Shown here: positions 1-12,649 of the stretch, in pieces | How positions within the stretch are numbered: position 1 is the first letter of the stretch | Layout: every line of letters starts with the position of its first letter | Assembly: GCA_023515725.1 (NCBI GenBank) | Contig: JALDTO010000074.1 | Coordinates: 1-64,000 of the forward strand | DNA from: Amoeboaphelidium protococcarum X5 | Taxonomy: Eukaryota > Fungi > Aphelidiomycota | Direction: 5' to 3' | Length of the DNA stretch: 64,000 nucleotides | The notes under the pieces: generated by a model | The model's input: the letters and a program-made list of their open reading frames with translations, nothing else | What the model was told of the DNA's origin: nothing | Databases searched by the model: none | Position numbers and translations under genes: made by a program

Positions 1-176
1 AAAGATTCAGCATCAGCCAGAGTCAGCTGCAGCGGCGTAATAGACATCTCCTATTTCTGAGAATTCACATACCACAACTCATTCTCTTTAGGGGAGTCTA
101 TAGTGACGACGAAATCGCCAGCGGATACGAATACCAGAAGCGCAGCTGAGTATAACGCGTAAAATGTAAATCTCAT
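1..176 (-). CDS. Secreted protein, 5' part only (runs off window start)
   Basis: ATG at 176: MRFTFYALYSAALLVFVSA (signal peptide-like) then GDFVVTIDSPKENELWYVNSQK; continues through TAG(Gln) at 51-53 to the window edge. Confidence 0.6.
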
Positions 177-501
177 AACAATTGTAATGCAGACCAGCGA
201 AATTAAACAAATGCAATCTATATTTATTTTTGTAGAGAAAGAACGTGTCAAAAGCACATAAATCTTTAACAATTAGAACGACCGTAAAGTTCATATGTTC
301 GGCGATCTAAACTGCGCCCCATTTGAAATTTCGTACTGGCTAAGGTTACCTTGCTCAAGGAGGTCGATCAGTTGTTCAATTTACTTTACATTATAGCCAA
401 AAATCGTTAGTATTCATAAAGACTCGAAAGGAAAATTTAATGCTTAAAAATATAGTTTATTTTACCATTCCATTTTTCTATAACCTAAATTAAAATAAAC
501 C

Positions 502-1653
502 TCAGTTCTCATTCTGGTCCCAAAACGATTCAAACCCAAGAGGATCTTCTTCATCGTTATCTTCACTCACATTCTCTGGCTATTACTGAGATTGGTACTT
601 TTGGTAGCCCAAATTGGCGTCGCGATCAAATCGCAGCTTAGCTTGACTAAAGGCCTGGTGTCTCTTTTGCGGCTTCATGTCGCGCCATCCTTTGATTCTT
701 TTTGGCTCAAAGGGACGCAAAGTAGCCAAGTACTCGTCAATGCTAGCCTCGTCAGATGGATATTTACTCAAAAGGCTCTTTCTGATACCAGAAGCGTAAA
801 GTGGCTGCACAGTAGTCCTGACCTTACGTGCCAGCTTCTTAACCTGAGGCATATCAGGCATGAAGGAATCCATCGAGGCATCAACCATAACATTAGCATA
901 AGAGTAAAGAACGGAGCGAGCAACCAACGACTTGCGCCACCACATCTTCTTCACAAACGCTTCAGCATAGTATCTGTTACGAGCGACACCAGGGAAATTG
1001 AAGCATCCATTGTCATCAGCCTAATTGCTAATGCTCTGGAAAACTTGCTTGTTATCGGAGAAATCAAAAACGCGTACCAAGTACATCTTGGACTGATCGA
1101 TATTGCCCAAGCAAACTGACACCATGTTATCACCCCCAGCTGGCGGGGAAAAGGTGACGCTAGTAGCGCTAAAATCAGAAGGCACCTCCAAAGACTTACC
1201 AACGGCGAGCACTTGGAATTTCTAAGACTCAGCCACCTTCTTGTTGAACCACCATCGTCTCTTGTCGACAAGCACTAGCTAGTAAGTACCATCTTCCAGA
1301 GGCTCGTCCTGCTTCCACTGGAAAACGCCAACAACAGAGCCATCAGCATTCACCATGTCCGGAGTGACTGGCATCACACCAGCTTTCTTATTAGTTCTCC
1401 ACCAGATGCTCTTCTTCAGCTACAACTCATATCGGGAGCCAAACGAAACACCAGAAGACGCGTCAGACTCGGTATCAAAATCGAATACATTCGCGTTATC
1501 ACCCTTCTCTGGCATAAGCACGAACGGAGTCTCAAAGAATTCGCCACCAACAGGATCAGCTAACCAGCGCTAATTCTTACGCGGCTGCACGAATTCTAGC
1601 TTCGAGGCGGCAGCCAGGTATAGAGAGCAGAGTGCAAAGATAGAGTATTTCAT
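502..1653 (-). CDS. Hypothetical secreted protein, 383 aa
   Basis: MKYSIFALCSLYLAAASK signal peptide; track ORFs 1021..1212 and 583..954 are in the same frame and join when TAR=Gln; TGA at 502-504; acidic C-terminus. Confidence 0.75.
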
Positions 1654-2019
1654 ATCAGAGAGTAGATATAACGTCACTATTATAGGATGCCGGATGTATG
1701 ATAATTCTACACGCTCGGAATCGGAGATAGAATCTGCTAAATTTTCAACGCCACTTTATCCGAGGATGGTTTTGAGTTTAGGTTGCCCCTTGATCGCGCG
1801 ATAATAAAGGGGCACATGGTTACGGCTGATTTTACTTGAACGATATTGTGTATGAATGCACGCAGCAAGAACGGCTATAAATCGAGTCACAAAACTATTG
1901 TTCGAAATTTAAAAATGTGATTCTATGTGGGGGATATCAATGATGTAGAAAAATATGCAAGGCTATGACAATATTTACTAATTTCTCTAAACATTCAAAA
2001 ATCACGAAAGAGCTCAGTA

Positions 2020-3072
2020 TCAAAACTGCGTGGGAGCACTGAAGCACCTGAAGGCCGGAGACGCGAACACCAAAGTATCGCCTCTGTATGTACCCAGCAT
2101 GTACTCTTTAATCTCGTTCGGAGTTTAATCCTAAAATGATGCTCTGTACAGCGTAACTGGTCTTGTATCACCATACTTTTTATTTTTGCCACTCTCCTTC
2201 TGTAAGAGTTCAACTTTATAGTCTCCTGACGACTCGAGTTCAGTTGCCTTGCCAGTGATGAGATTTATCAATTTAAATTCGAGATTTCGATCACTACTAC
2301 CAATGTAGTGAACGAGCCGGAATTATATATTTGCGCAATCTAGGCTCTAGCCTTCTTGAACCATAATATCCAAGGAATCAATATTGCCAATACTATCGCG
2401 CTTACTAGGTTCTATTGCCTAGAATTGACTTCTGTACACCATGAACGGCTCTGATTCTGCAATAACGAGCTGTCCAACGATACTTTGACGCGTCAACCGC
2501 AAAATATGCTCACCAGTTACAAGTCTAGCACGCCTTATATCAAGTAATATACTGAATACAGTGCAACCATTAGCTCTATAATGAGGTACCTGCGGAGACA
2601 TTATATACTTTTTACTCAGGTATGCATGCGACTTTATTCTCGGTATACGGATGTCACTGTAGTCATGATGCAGAGCTATGGTCATAATTTCAGGCAATTT
2701 AGATGGATCCTTGACACAGAATTAGACTTGCATCAACTGGTCATTACTGTGTGCCTTCCTATTGTGCGGAAATACAAATTTGATATTCTCATTCTTTCCA
2801 TTATGACCGTGAGAGTGCAGCACCTTGAATAACTCATTATTCTTCATACCCGCAACCTCTAGCTATTACTCTTCCAGCTTCTCCAACTAATCCTTATACT
2901 CATTGTCTTGATTTTTCTAATCTGTTGATTATTGCTATTAGTATTGCAGCATCAGCTCTTGATTTGGATAATCCATTTCAATAGGCACAGCTACATCTAG
3001 TGCTTAATCAGCCCTTACCAAAGTAAACATACCCAACACGCGCAATGCTAGGATGAGTGCTCTTATAATCAT
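2020..3072 (-). CDS. Hypothetical secreted protein, 350 aa
   Basis: MIIRALILALRVLGMFTLVRA signal-like N-terminus, Q/E-rich linker, open frame (TAR=Gln) including track ORF 2419..2697, TGA at 2020-2022. Confidence 0.7.
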
Positions 3073-3612
3073 TTTAATTTCTCTCCACACGCGTATAATA
3101 ACGATTTTATAACGCGTTTAATAAAGATGAATGTGAATAGAGGTGAAAAGGAGGTCAGATGCTTGGTTGCTTCCTTCAAGTGAGTGAGTTGTGTAATTAT
3201 GGCGATGTGACCCCTGATTCTATATTATCCTGATCATATATTCTCTGATCAGCCACTCTTTAAATAGTTTCATTTATAAGTTCTCTTTAAGTTCTAGTAA
3301 TAATCTACCGTAACTCAACTATAGGTATGAATGTTGATAGAAAAGTTTTACGATGTGACTTGATTATAATTGATTTGAATATATGCATATTTGATCTAAC
3401 ATGGCAATGCTATCACACAACACTATGCTCACTAAAAGATTGCAACCTTCATAATTCCATTCTAGACTATATTTACAGACCAGTTTAGTGTTCTATAACA
3501 ATATATGAGATATGTTTGACTTGGTGAACTATCTCCTCCGCCTTAACGTTCTTCTCGCGACTCTTCATTGGCTGATTTCTTTATAGATTAGATTTGTAGT
3601 AAGCAACAAAAT

Positions 3613-4271
3613 ATGCAGCGGTTTAGATCTATATTGACGCGGTCATATTCCAAGGCCCCATTTAAATTGAATAAATAGCCACTAAGCTAACAAAATAAAA
3701 TTTAGCCATCAGCGACGGAGAAGATTCTCTACTAATGCAAAACGCCAAAACACAGTTTATAAGGATTCGCCGTCAAGATATATGTAGTATCAGCACTTAT
3801 GAGCAGGTATGTTCCTTTTTAAAAGATGCACGGTTGCATTTTCACATGGAGTATTCATGTAGCGCTACATTGCTTTACGTCCTTCTTTCTGGACCTGACT
3901 AGACTGGTGATATGCGGCAGTTTGGACAGATGCTGCTATACGTGGGACTATTTATATCAGTGGTGAGTTTGAGCAGCTTCGGCGCGTATTTCGCAGATAG
4001 CCGTAAAGTGACCCAAATGAAGAGACTCTCCAATGGTAATTTGCAAGTTGTGTTGGCTTATAAGACCAAGAAGCCTTTCGAGTTCCCTCAATCATAACTT
4101 GTAGTTACCACAAAGGATCCAAGTAGGATATTATTACGTTACTTTATCGGTACTAGTATTATGGTAATGACGAGTTTATTGAGTGTAGAATCACGATATC
4201 TGTTCATGAAATGTCCTTAATAAAGACTGCGGTTCTACGTTGACACCAAAGACAATGTGGTTGAATAGTGA
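3613..4271 (+). CDS. Mitochondrial two-TM membrane protein, TMEM223/TMEM70-like
   Basis: MQRFRSILTRSYSKAP presequence-like start; intron 3807-3862 (GTATGT..TGTAG) restores frame; two hydrophobic helices, then RKVTQMKRLSNGNLQV and RYLFMKCPQQRLRFYVD; possible second in-frame intron 4123-4188. Confidence 0.55.
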
Positions 4272-4408
4272 CTAGCATTGATATATTAAAGAGTTTAGAA
4301 TTTTAATAATACTAAATTTTAACTTGATACGATCTGATCTCAACTCATCACGTTAATCTAACGAGAGGTTTGTTCTATTCCAATCACAGTTGAAGAAAAC
4401 GCGTCAAA

Positions 4409-6442
4409 ATGAAAGTATCAGCACCGAATGATGTCAAGATCTATACTATCAGTAGCTCAAGCATCACAGCACTGCCTGACTGGCTGTAGAAGTAAAAGAA
4501 GAAGCAGCTGAGAAATGATGTGAATTTCTCCTAGAGAGTGGAATTGATTCAGGATTTTGATTTCCCAGAGGCCGCGCTGAGGTTGAAGTAGAGCAGAGAT
4601 GGCGAGTACATTATGGCCACAGGACTTTATAAGCCGCAGATTCGCGTATTTGAGCTATCTTAAATGTCGATGAAATTCGAGCGACACACTGATGCAGAGA
4701 ATGTGCAGTTTGAGATTCTATCTGAAGATTGGCGCAAGATGGCACTTCTGCAGGCTGATCGTACCATTGAATTTCACTCGCCAGCTGGTATGCACTTTCG
4801 CACGAGGATTCCAAAGTACGGGCGTGATATGGCATATCACTATCAGTCTGCGGATTTGCTTGTTGCTGCATCTGGTCATGAAGTTTATCGCTTGAATCTT
4901 GAGAAGGGATAATTTTTGAATTCATTAGAAACCCAGTCTATCGGTGTTAATACGGTGATGGTGAATCGCGCTAATTAGCTCTGGTTCACTGGCGGTGAAG
5001 ACGGATTTGTTGAAGTATTTGACCACAGAAGTAGATAATCAATCTGCAGACGTGATATCGGATCGCTAGTAGCTGCAAGTTATGGAAGCAGCGTGTTCCC
5101 GGAAATTACTTACCTGAGTCATCATAATAATGGTCTTGATTTTGCAGTGGGTACCAAGTCTGGCCAGGTACTTACTTTTGATATCAGAAGTAGTAAGCCG
5201 CTCATTGTCAAAGATCATCAATATGAAACCCCAATTAAAAAGATTATCTACCACGATAGCGGAAATATCATCTCTGCCGACCAGAAGGTTGTCAAGATCT
5301 GGGACAGGTAGAGTGGTACGGCTGTCACATCCATTGAGGCAGAGGATGATATCAATGACCTATTGGTGTAGAACGGTCTGGTGATGACTGCGAACGAATG
5401 TCCACGTATGAATGTTTTCTTCATACCTTCAATCGGTCATGCTCCAAAGTGGTGCTCATTCTTGGACAATCTGACAGAAGAATTGGAGGAGACTAAGCAG
5501 CAGCAGGTGTGGGACGATTACAAATTTGTATCTCGCCAAGAGTTGGAACATCTCGGCCTGGATCATATGATTGGCACCAACCTGCTGAAGGCGTATATGC
5601 ACGGCTTCTTTGTTGACTTGAGATTGTATGAGAAGGCACGTGCTATAGCTAATCCTTTCGCGTATGATGACTATAAGCGTCGTCTCACTAAAGAGAAGTT
5701 GGAGGAGAAGAGTGCCAGTCGGATATCTGCCAAGAGGAAACTACCAAAAGTAAATAAGGAAATAGCATCCAGACTATTAAAGAAGAGCGGAGAAGATGGT
5801 GCAGATAATAATCCTCTTGGAGACTCCAGATTTGGTAGCATGTTCAATGATCCAGATTTCCAAGTTGATAAGCAGGATCCCGAGTATGTAAAGTACAACA
5901 CGACTCCGAAGAAGAATGCTAATTACAATGGAGAAGACAGTGATAATGAAACTGATATCAGTGGTGAGCTAGAGGGTGTAATGTCTGAAGAGGATGATGC
6001 ATCTGATTTGGGTTATGAAGATTCTTCTACTGATGACGACTAGGATCTTAACAAAAGCACTTAAAAATAGACCAATACCTCATAGAATGTAGCTACCGAT
6101 AGAGGAGTCAATAATAAGGCTGGGAAGGTTAAGATGTACTCTAACAAGACTGATCTAAAGGTGGATGATTTGTTAAGAGGGAAAGTTGACAGGTAGATCA
6201 AGATGCGTAGGAACATGTCATTTGGTGATCGCATACAATCAGGTGGTAATAGCCATTAGAGTTACGCGCGTAATGGTTCAAATCAAAGACGTGGAGGAGC
6301 CATGGCGATGCAGTTTAATGTTGGCAAGTCGTCATATTCTAGGGACCGCAATTCCTCCAATAATAGAGCTACTAACTCCGAGAGGCCAAATTCGGAGAGA
6401 CGCGGTACTCGCAATCTTAACAGAGTTAACAAGCGCCGTTGA
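4409..6442 (+). CDS. NOL10: Nucleolar protein 10 / Enp2 (SSU processome WD40 protein), 677 aa
   Basis: RVELIQDFDFP, ATGLYKPQIRVFELSQMSMKFERH, RIPKYGRD, FIPSIGHAPKWCSFLDNLTEELEE, LKAYMHGFFVD, DSRFGSMFNDPDFQVD (NUC153); single frame with TAR=Gln, TGA at 6440. Confidence 0.95.
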
Positions 6443-6680
6443 CCTGAATGAAAGTTGCATAAATACGATAGATCTCTATTTATTTTAATTTGCATTCTTA
6501 CTATATTCTAAGCATCTCTTCAACTTCTAACAAGGGCAATGGAGTTAAGTCCAGTCTAATGTTGTTTCGCGTCTTGGTCTGTTCCGCCTTATGACCATTT
6601 CTCTCCTTCAATCTTCTTACAATGTGATCTTCTTTAGAGCTAATTGGGTAATCCAAGTGTGTTTGTATTTTGTGTATAAT

Positions 6681-9600
6681 ATGAACTTAATTTAGAAATT
6701 GTTGCTGTTTATTGTTATTATTAATAATTTATTACAAAGCTCTGTTAATTCATAGAGTGTATGTGCGGAAATATCATCCAATGTTGATGAGCGGTGTCAG
6801 CATGTTAGAGACTATTGTCAGGATGAACTGCCTGGTCAATTCGATTACTATGAATTAATTTATTGTCAACTACCATATGCACCTGGTCTCTCTGGATTTA
6901 TTCTATTCGTTTGGTTACTACTTCTATTTGTATTCATATCCACTGCTGCATCCGAGTACTTTAGTCCCAATGTCGCAAGTATTACTGAAATTCTCCGCAT
7001 ATCTCCAGATGTGGCAGGTGTGACTCTGGTCGCGTTAGGAAATGCTTCCAATGACATTATGGGCAATTTGATTTCATTCAGTCGACCGGAGACTACTCAA
7101 CTGGCTCTGGGTGGAATTGTCGGTGCTGGACTCTTTCTCAACTGTATCGTAGTGGGAACCATTGCGGTTATGGAGTAGAATCCTATCAAATTGGCGCGGA
7201 AGGCTGTGCTGCGGGATGAGAGTGCATACTTGATTGGTCTGATCTGCTTCACTGTTATGGTGTCATTGTAGATTATATACTGGTATGAAGGATTGATTTT
7301 GATTTTGTTTTATATTGTGTATGCAGTTATTATTGTGATTACATCTAATAAGAAGCTTCGGTTACATATTTAAACACAGTCTATGCTGATGTTTGGTAAG
7401 ATTAAAAATTTTTAGTTTATAAGATAGAGATAGAGGAGTAAGATTGAAGGTAGTGATGACCATGACCTCAATAGATTCTCCTCCTCATCAGCACTAGCCT
7501 CGAGGGCTAATTACTAGCAGTAGGGGATGGGAAATCCAGTAATAAAGATTGATAGTGTCGATAATCTGGAGTAGTATGACGATTAAGACGGTGATGGGTA
7601 CCTATAGGAAGATGATTAATATGCTTCAGGAAATTAGAGTGAGGATATTGTGGAAATTCATTTGGAAGATTTGAGTTCTAAGCCATCGTCGCCAGTATAT
7701 GAGGGATAGTATGAAGTATCGAATAGTGTCAGCAGGTCATTGAATCCACCTATGGAGAGACACTAGAGATCTCTTTCTAATCCGCAGTCGTTAGCTTAGA
7801 TGTAAAGAGATTTTATTATTGATGAGAATCTTCTGGCGCCCGGCTCGGCTCTTACTTTGCCTTTGGGACGAACAGTGTCTGATGATCCTCATAGTAGGAT
7901 CCATTCGCGAGTTTAGACTACTTTGAATCGTGCTCATCTGCCCGTGGTATTGAGAGATTATTTGTCGGATGATGATGAAGATGATATTGCAATTGCTGCC
8001 AAGTACAGTCCGCCTAATCCATCTTCTCTATCTAGACAATTGCAATCTGCATCGAAAGATCTCCATTTACATCCACCCTCCAGATATAGTTCTCCTGAAT
8101 AGGCGGATTTGGAATAACTAAGTCACCAGTAGTCTGAGGATTTATCCGAAAATATTCTCAATTTGCGAATGTTTGAAAGCTTGAGTAGGAACAGAAGAAA
8201 TTATAGTGTATCAACAGCAGTTGAGTTATGGAATGCTTATCGTCAAGTGCATGGTTAAATGTCGGCTCCATCTGATAGTGCATCACCGCCATAGATCGAG
8301 ATTAACTAAGCTGATCCTGCCGTGTTCTCAATGGGACTAACGAGGGAGGCAACTCCTGAGTTGGGTGTCCCCCGAATAATAGAAGATGATGGCAAGAAGT
8401 CTGCTTCTGGCTAATAAAGTCATTTATCACTCGGTAGGGAGCGATCTAAATCTGCATACTCTTAATAGTCATCGATTGGACATAGGTAGTTTAATATGGA
8501 TCTGAGTCTGTATAGTAATCTTAAATTGAATGACTATTGCTCTATTTGTGCCAAATTTACAGCTAACGGCGATACTGATAATCTATTTGATATTCTAAGT
8601 GGTGATTAGACTTCGGATGCTGCTGATAAGAAGGAATAGATTTAGAGTAAGAAAGACTCTCCATAGTAGATTTAGTTTCAGATGGTTTATCATTTGTTTC
8701 CAATCATACCATTGTGGAAATTATACGGTCCGCTGAGTCGAACGCTGGCTGTACTCAATGTGGTGCCTAATATTGTATTTGGCCTCATTGTCCCTGTAGT
8801 TGCTTTAGTTGAAGACGATCCGGTGGAGAGTGTCATATTATCTGTAGACAGGCCACTATCTAGGCGGTCCAACTCCATAAACAGGAATGGTGACTTTCAC
8901 AAAGCCCTTGGAAGTGGAAGCAATAAATAATCTAGTCAAATTATGCCTCATCTGCGACGAAATGTGAGCACTTCAGGATAATCTTCAGAGACTGAAAAGT
9001 CTTTAGATCGACGAGATGTTGATGCTTATATTCACATTGGTTCGCGGTATGATCCTCGCTATCTTCAAAGTGTCTGTGAGTATGGAAAGCTTGCCTGGAT
9101 GCCATGGAAGCATCGATGGCTGTCTATTTTCCAAGTGTTTATCGCGCCGTTATTTGTTGCATTTGCATTAAACAGACATCGCGACACTCTATTTATTGTA
9201 GAATCCTACCAGGTCCAAGCATGGCTACTCTGTATTGTTATTGGAATTTTGTTGGCGTCCATCCTTACATGGTTGTCGAGAAGTGGATTCAGAATGGTGC
9301 GGGTGCCTCTTAAGCCATACGTGAATAAGATGTCTGTTTGTTCAGCAACATAATGTCATTATTGTAGACCATTGAGGAAGCGTACGATCAAGTAGAGAGT
9401 TAGCGATTGGTTCAATCCTCAACTGTTCCGATACCGAGAATACTACCCATATTTGGCATTTGTGGGGTTTGTATCAGGACTGATGTGGATCTACCTTCTT
9501 AGCGCCGAGATTGTATCCGTATTAAAGATTCTTGGTAAGCTGATGGGTGTTAGTGAAGGCATACTGGGTGTTACTGTGTTTGCATTTGGCAATTGTGTTG

Positions 9601-9935
9601 GCGACTTTGCAACTGATGTCATGATTGCGCGTTTATTCTATCCTTAAATGGCCATAGGAGCTGCTTGGGGATCACCGATTGTGAATGTATATATTACAGT
9701 TGGTCTCGCTGCTACAGTGGTTGCCAATGCATCGTGGCAGCGACCTCTTGAAGTCAGAATGTCGCCTGTTATATTGGCAAGTCTCGTCGGTCTCCTCGTG
9801 GTGGTCGTTTGTAACTTCTTGGTCCTTGGATGGCGTCTCAAGTTTCATCTCACAAAGCAGTACGGTTACTTTTTGATTATATGGTGGTGTCTAGTAGTGA
9901 CTGTATGCGCCATTCTTGAAGGCCTGAATCTTTGA
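6681..9935 (+). CDS. Cation/Ca2+ exchanger (CCX/NCLX-like, Na_Ca_ex family), 1084 aa
   Basis: Signal peptide, Cys-rich N-terminus, alpha-1 repeat AGVTLVALGNASND, alpha-2 repeat LGVTVFAFGNCVGDF, MAIGAAWGSP; long hydrophilic central loop; TGA 9933-9935. Confidence 0.9.
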
Positions 9936-10440
9936 TTAGCTGTGAGTTAGATTGTGTGGATGACTGTGATGATTAGATCTAATTTATTGAAACTACAAGG
10001 TAAGGCGAGCCTTCAGCACGTGCGGAATCAAAGACCAACAGTACAATGCTCTAATTGATATTACAATTTAGTGATTTACACATTGATTTAATAGCATAGA
10101 TTAGTACATCTGTTACAATGATTGTTATAAAAGGTGTCTCAATAATCGTGATAATTTTGTAACTTTACTTAGTCACAATACCTCAAATCCTATCAACGTA
10201 TGTTTCAAATACGCTTGACATGCGTTCAAAGCGATGAAATAACTAATGTCGCATTATTCTGCAGTGATTTCCATAGTAGACATTAAGGGATTACTCCACA
10301 ATTACTAAAAGCAGTTACACGGAAAGTTGTATGAATGAAATAGAGCATGTAGAGTAAAAAATACTGTTGTACATAGTAAAAAATACTTGCATTCATTATG
10401 TAAAATATACTCTCAGTCCTATCTGTCCCTTTGATTTTAA

Positions 10441-11145
10441 TCACAACTCTTGAGCGTTGAAAATGCCATTGTACTTGGCATGTCCATCCATTCTCATAAA
10501 CACGAATTGGCAAACCCTCGTACCAGGAACAAGTTACAACGGATGCTACATATTATGCAACAATTTCCAATAAATTTACTTGTCTGAAGCAAATTAATCT
10601 TACATTACTAGCATTGTAAATTTCCAACACTTGCCGATTATCAATGCCCGGATTCATGAAGCCAGCCGTAATGTGCACAAAGAGGCCGAGACGCGCAAAT
10701 CTGCTTCGTCCCTCCAAGAGACCGCACAGGGAAGAGCTCAGCGTCACTCGTTCCTTTGTTATTCCCAGACACGCCTGCCCAGGTAGGAGAAGGTACGACT
10801 CGCCCTCCTCCAGAACAACTTTCTCTGTCAAATCCTTGAAATTAGTGTCTTCCAGCACTGGGACAACTTTCAGGCCAGCCTTGTAAAATCTAAACTCATT
10901 ACTCAGAGTCAAGTCGATACTACAAACGCCTAATTTGACCATATCCGATCAAATGAAAGTGATGAGAATGTTCTATTGGAGGATGGAATTCGGTACCTTG
11001 CACAACCAACCGCGGATGGATCGTAAGGGTGAATGATGATATCTCTACAAACGACATATTTTTATTGGGTATAATAAAGTACCTTATCAATTTCTTACTT
11101 GCTTTCAATAGCTTTCAGTATGGCATCCTTAGCTAATACGGCCAT
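10441..11145 (-). CDS. dcd: dCTP deaminase (trimeric dUTPase fold), 171 aa, 3 introns
   Basis: Exons 11145-11099, 11044-10997, 10919-10604, 10545-10441 give MAVLAKDAILKAIESKDIIIHPYDPSAVGCASIDLTL...EGRSRFARLGLFVHITAGFMNPG...LEIYNASNHPLQLVPGTRVCQFVF; all introns GTA..TGTAG. Confidence 0.9.
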
Positions 11146-11513
11146 TTTTGTTTAGATGTATAGTTTCAAGTAGGAAAAGGCTCACTCAATCTCGCTCTCA
11201 GGCGATATAATAATAAAGAGAGTTGCACGTTGACGCGAGCGTGAGATGATTGAACCGTTCGCTTTGCGTTAAACACGCTTCAAATGCTTTAAAATTTTGA
11301 TATAATCACGCGTCTGTCGGTAGATAGGAATGTTATAATTTTGAAAGCAACCAAAGTTTTATGCAAATATAGACTATCGTCGGTAAAATGTGTGGACGAA
11401 ATTCATCTTGATCGCTTTGATGACGTAAACGCGGGCCATTTTCGTGACTATTGTTACTGACGATTTACTACTCTGTAAGTTGAAATAAAATAACTAAAAT
11501 AGAAATATAAATA

Positions 11514-12512
11514 ATGGTAGACTCTACTAGCGACGTTATATGTCAAGTGAAATGCAGGCTTCCATTACACGAATTACATTCACATTTCTTTAATCAGAAC
11601 CAGGTGTTAAGAGAAGATTAGCGCGGTAATACATTAACTGCTGACGCTTTTAAGATCTAAAATGATGCAGACTATGATGCTATTGATGATGCTGAGTGTG
11701 AAATGTACCTTTATTAATACCGAAATTCAAATGGCGGAATAGAGGAACACATTGCCGTGGTGTTCCCTCCGAACTAAATCCAGAGTAGATCACTTAATAT
11801 TGTACATCAAGCGGATGAAAATGATTATCACCGCCGTGTTCGCGGCGCCACTTCGACAGTGAGTGTGAATACATTAAAATAATAGACTCGGTTCGATAAT
11901 GTCCTCACGCGAATTCACTCGGCGTGTTTTACCGGAGAAGTACTCAATAGCTGCAGGTGTGATTGTGGGCACTAGCTACATGAAAGTCTTTGCCTTTTGT
12001 CATAAAAGGCCTAAACTCCTCGCATACTTCTGTATCTTAATCAGGAAGGTAGATCTATTGGATTGATGAACAAAATGAAAGCTTATAATTTATAGGATAT
12101 GGGACATGACACGGTGGAGGCTAACTAGTTACTCGGTTTTCAGGATGATGAACGAGATTACCGTGTTGCCGCCTTAATCTACCAAGATTTAAATGTTACA
12201 AGTGTACGTTTGTTGACTAATAATAAACGTAAAGTTGATGCGCTCATAAATTACGGCATTCAAGTGTCGGAAAGAGTACCATTTATAGTCTTGCCGTCTC
12301 CTGGTGAAGATGAAGTTCCGACCAAGATGTAGTTGGGTGGTGATAGACAGAATTAAAAGTCTCATAACTAAGTGGTTCGAGCGAGAAGACGGATGAAGTG
12401 GTCGATCGAACTCTAGAGTTATATCAAGACTAAAATTGAAAAACTTGGTCACTTGATCTAACCATTAATCATATCAACTTCAGACGAAAATGTAGATAAT
12501 AATAATTTATGA
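11514..12512 (+). CDS. RIB1: GTP cyclohydrolase II (riboflavin biosynthesis), 332 aa
   Basis: [76 protein letters not shown]; conserved Gln encoded by TAG at 11973 and 12093. Confidence 0.95.
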
Positions 12513-12649
12513 TTGTTCACGTTAGTCTTGATGTTTTAAATCCACTCTTTCTAGTACTGTGGATCGTGGTCTATTGCTTGCTTTTTTTACGAACTTCAAT
12601 AGAGCTGAAAATTGATCGAAGATTGCAGCAAAGTCTGTAGTGAATTCTA

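Noticed and set aside
7396-7427. Apparent GTAAG intron in the CCX gene
   Set aside because: The frame is open through it with TAR=Gln and there is no TGTAG acceptor.
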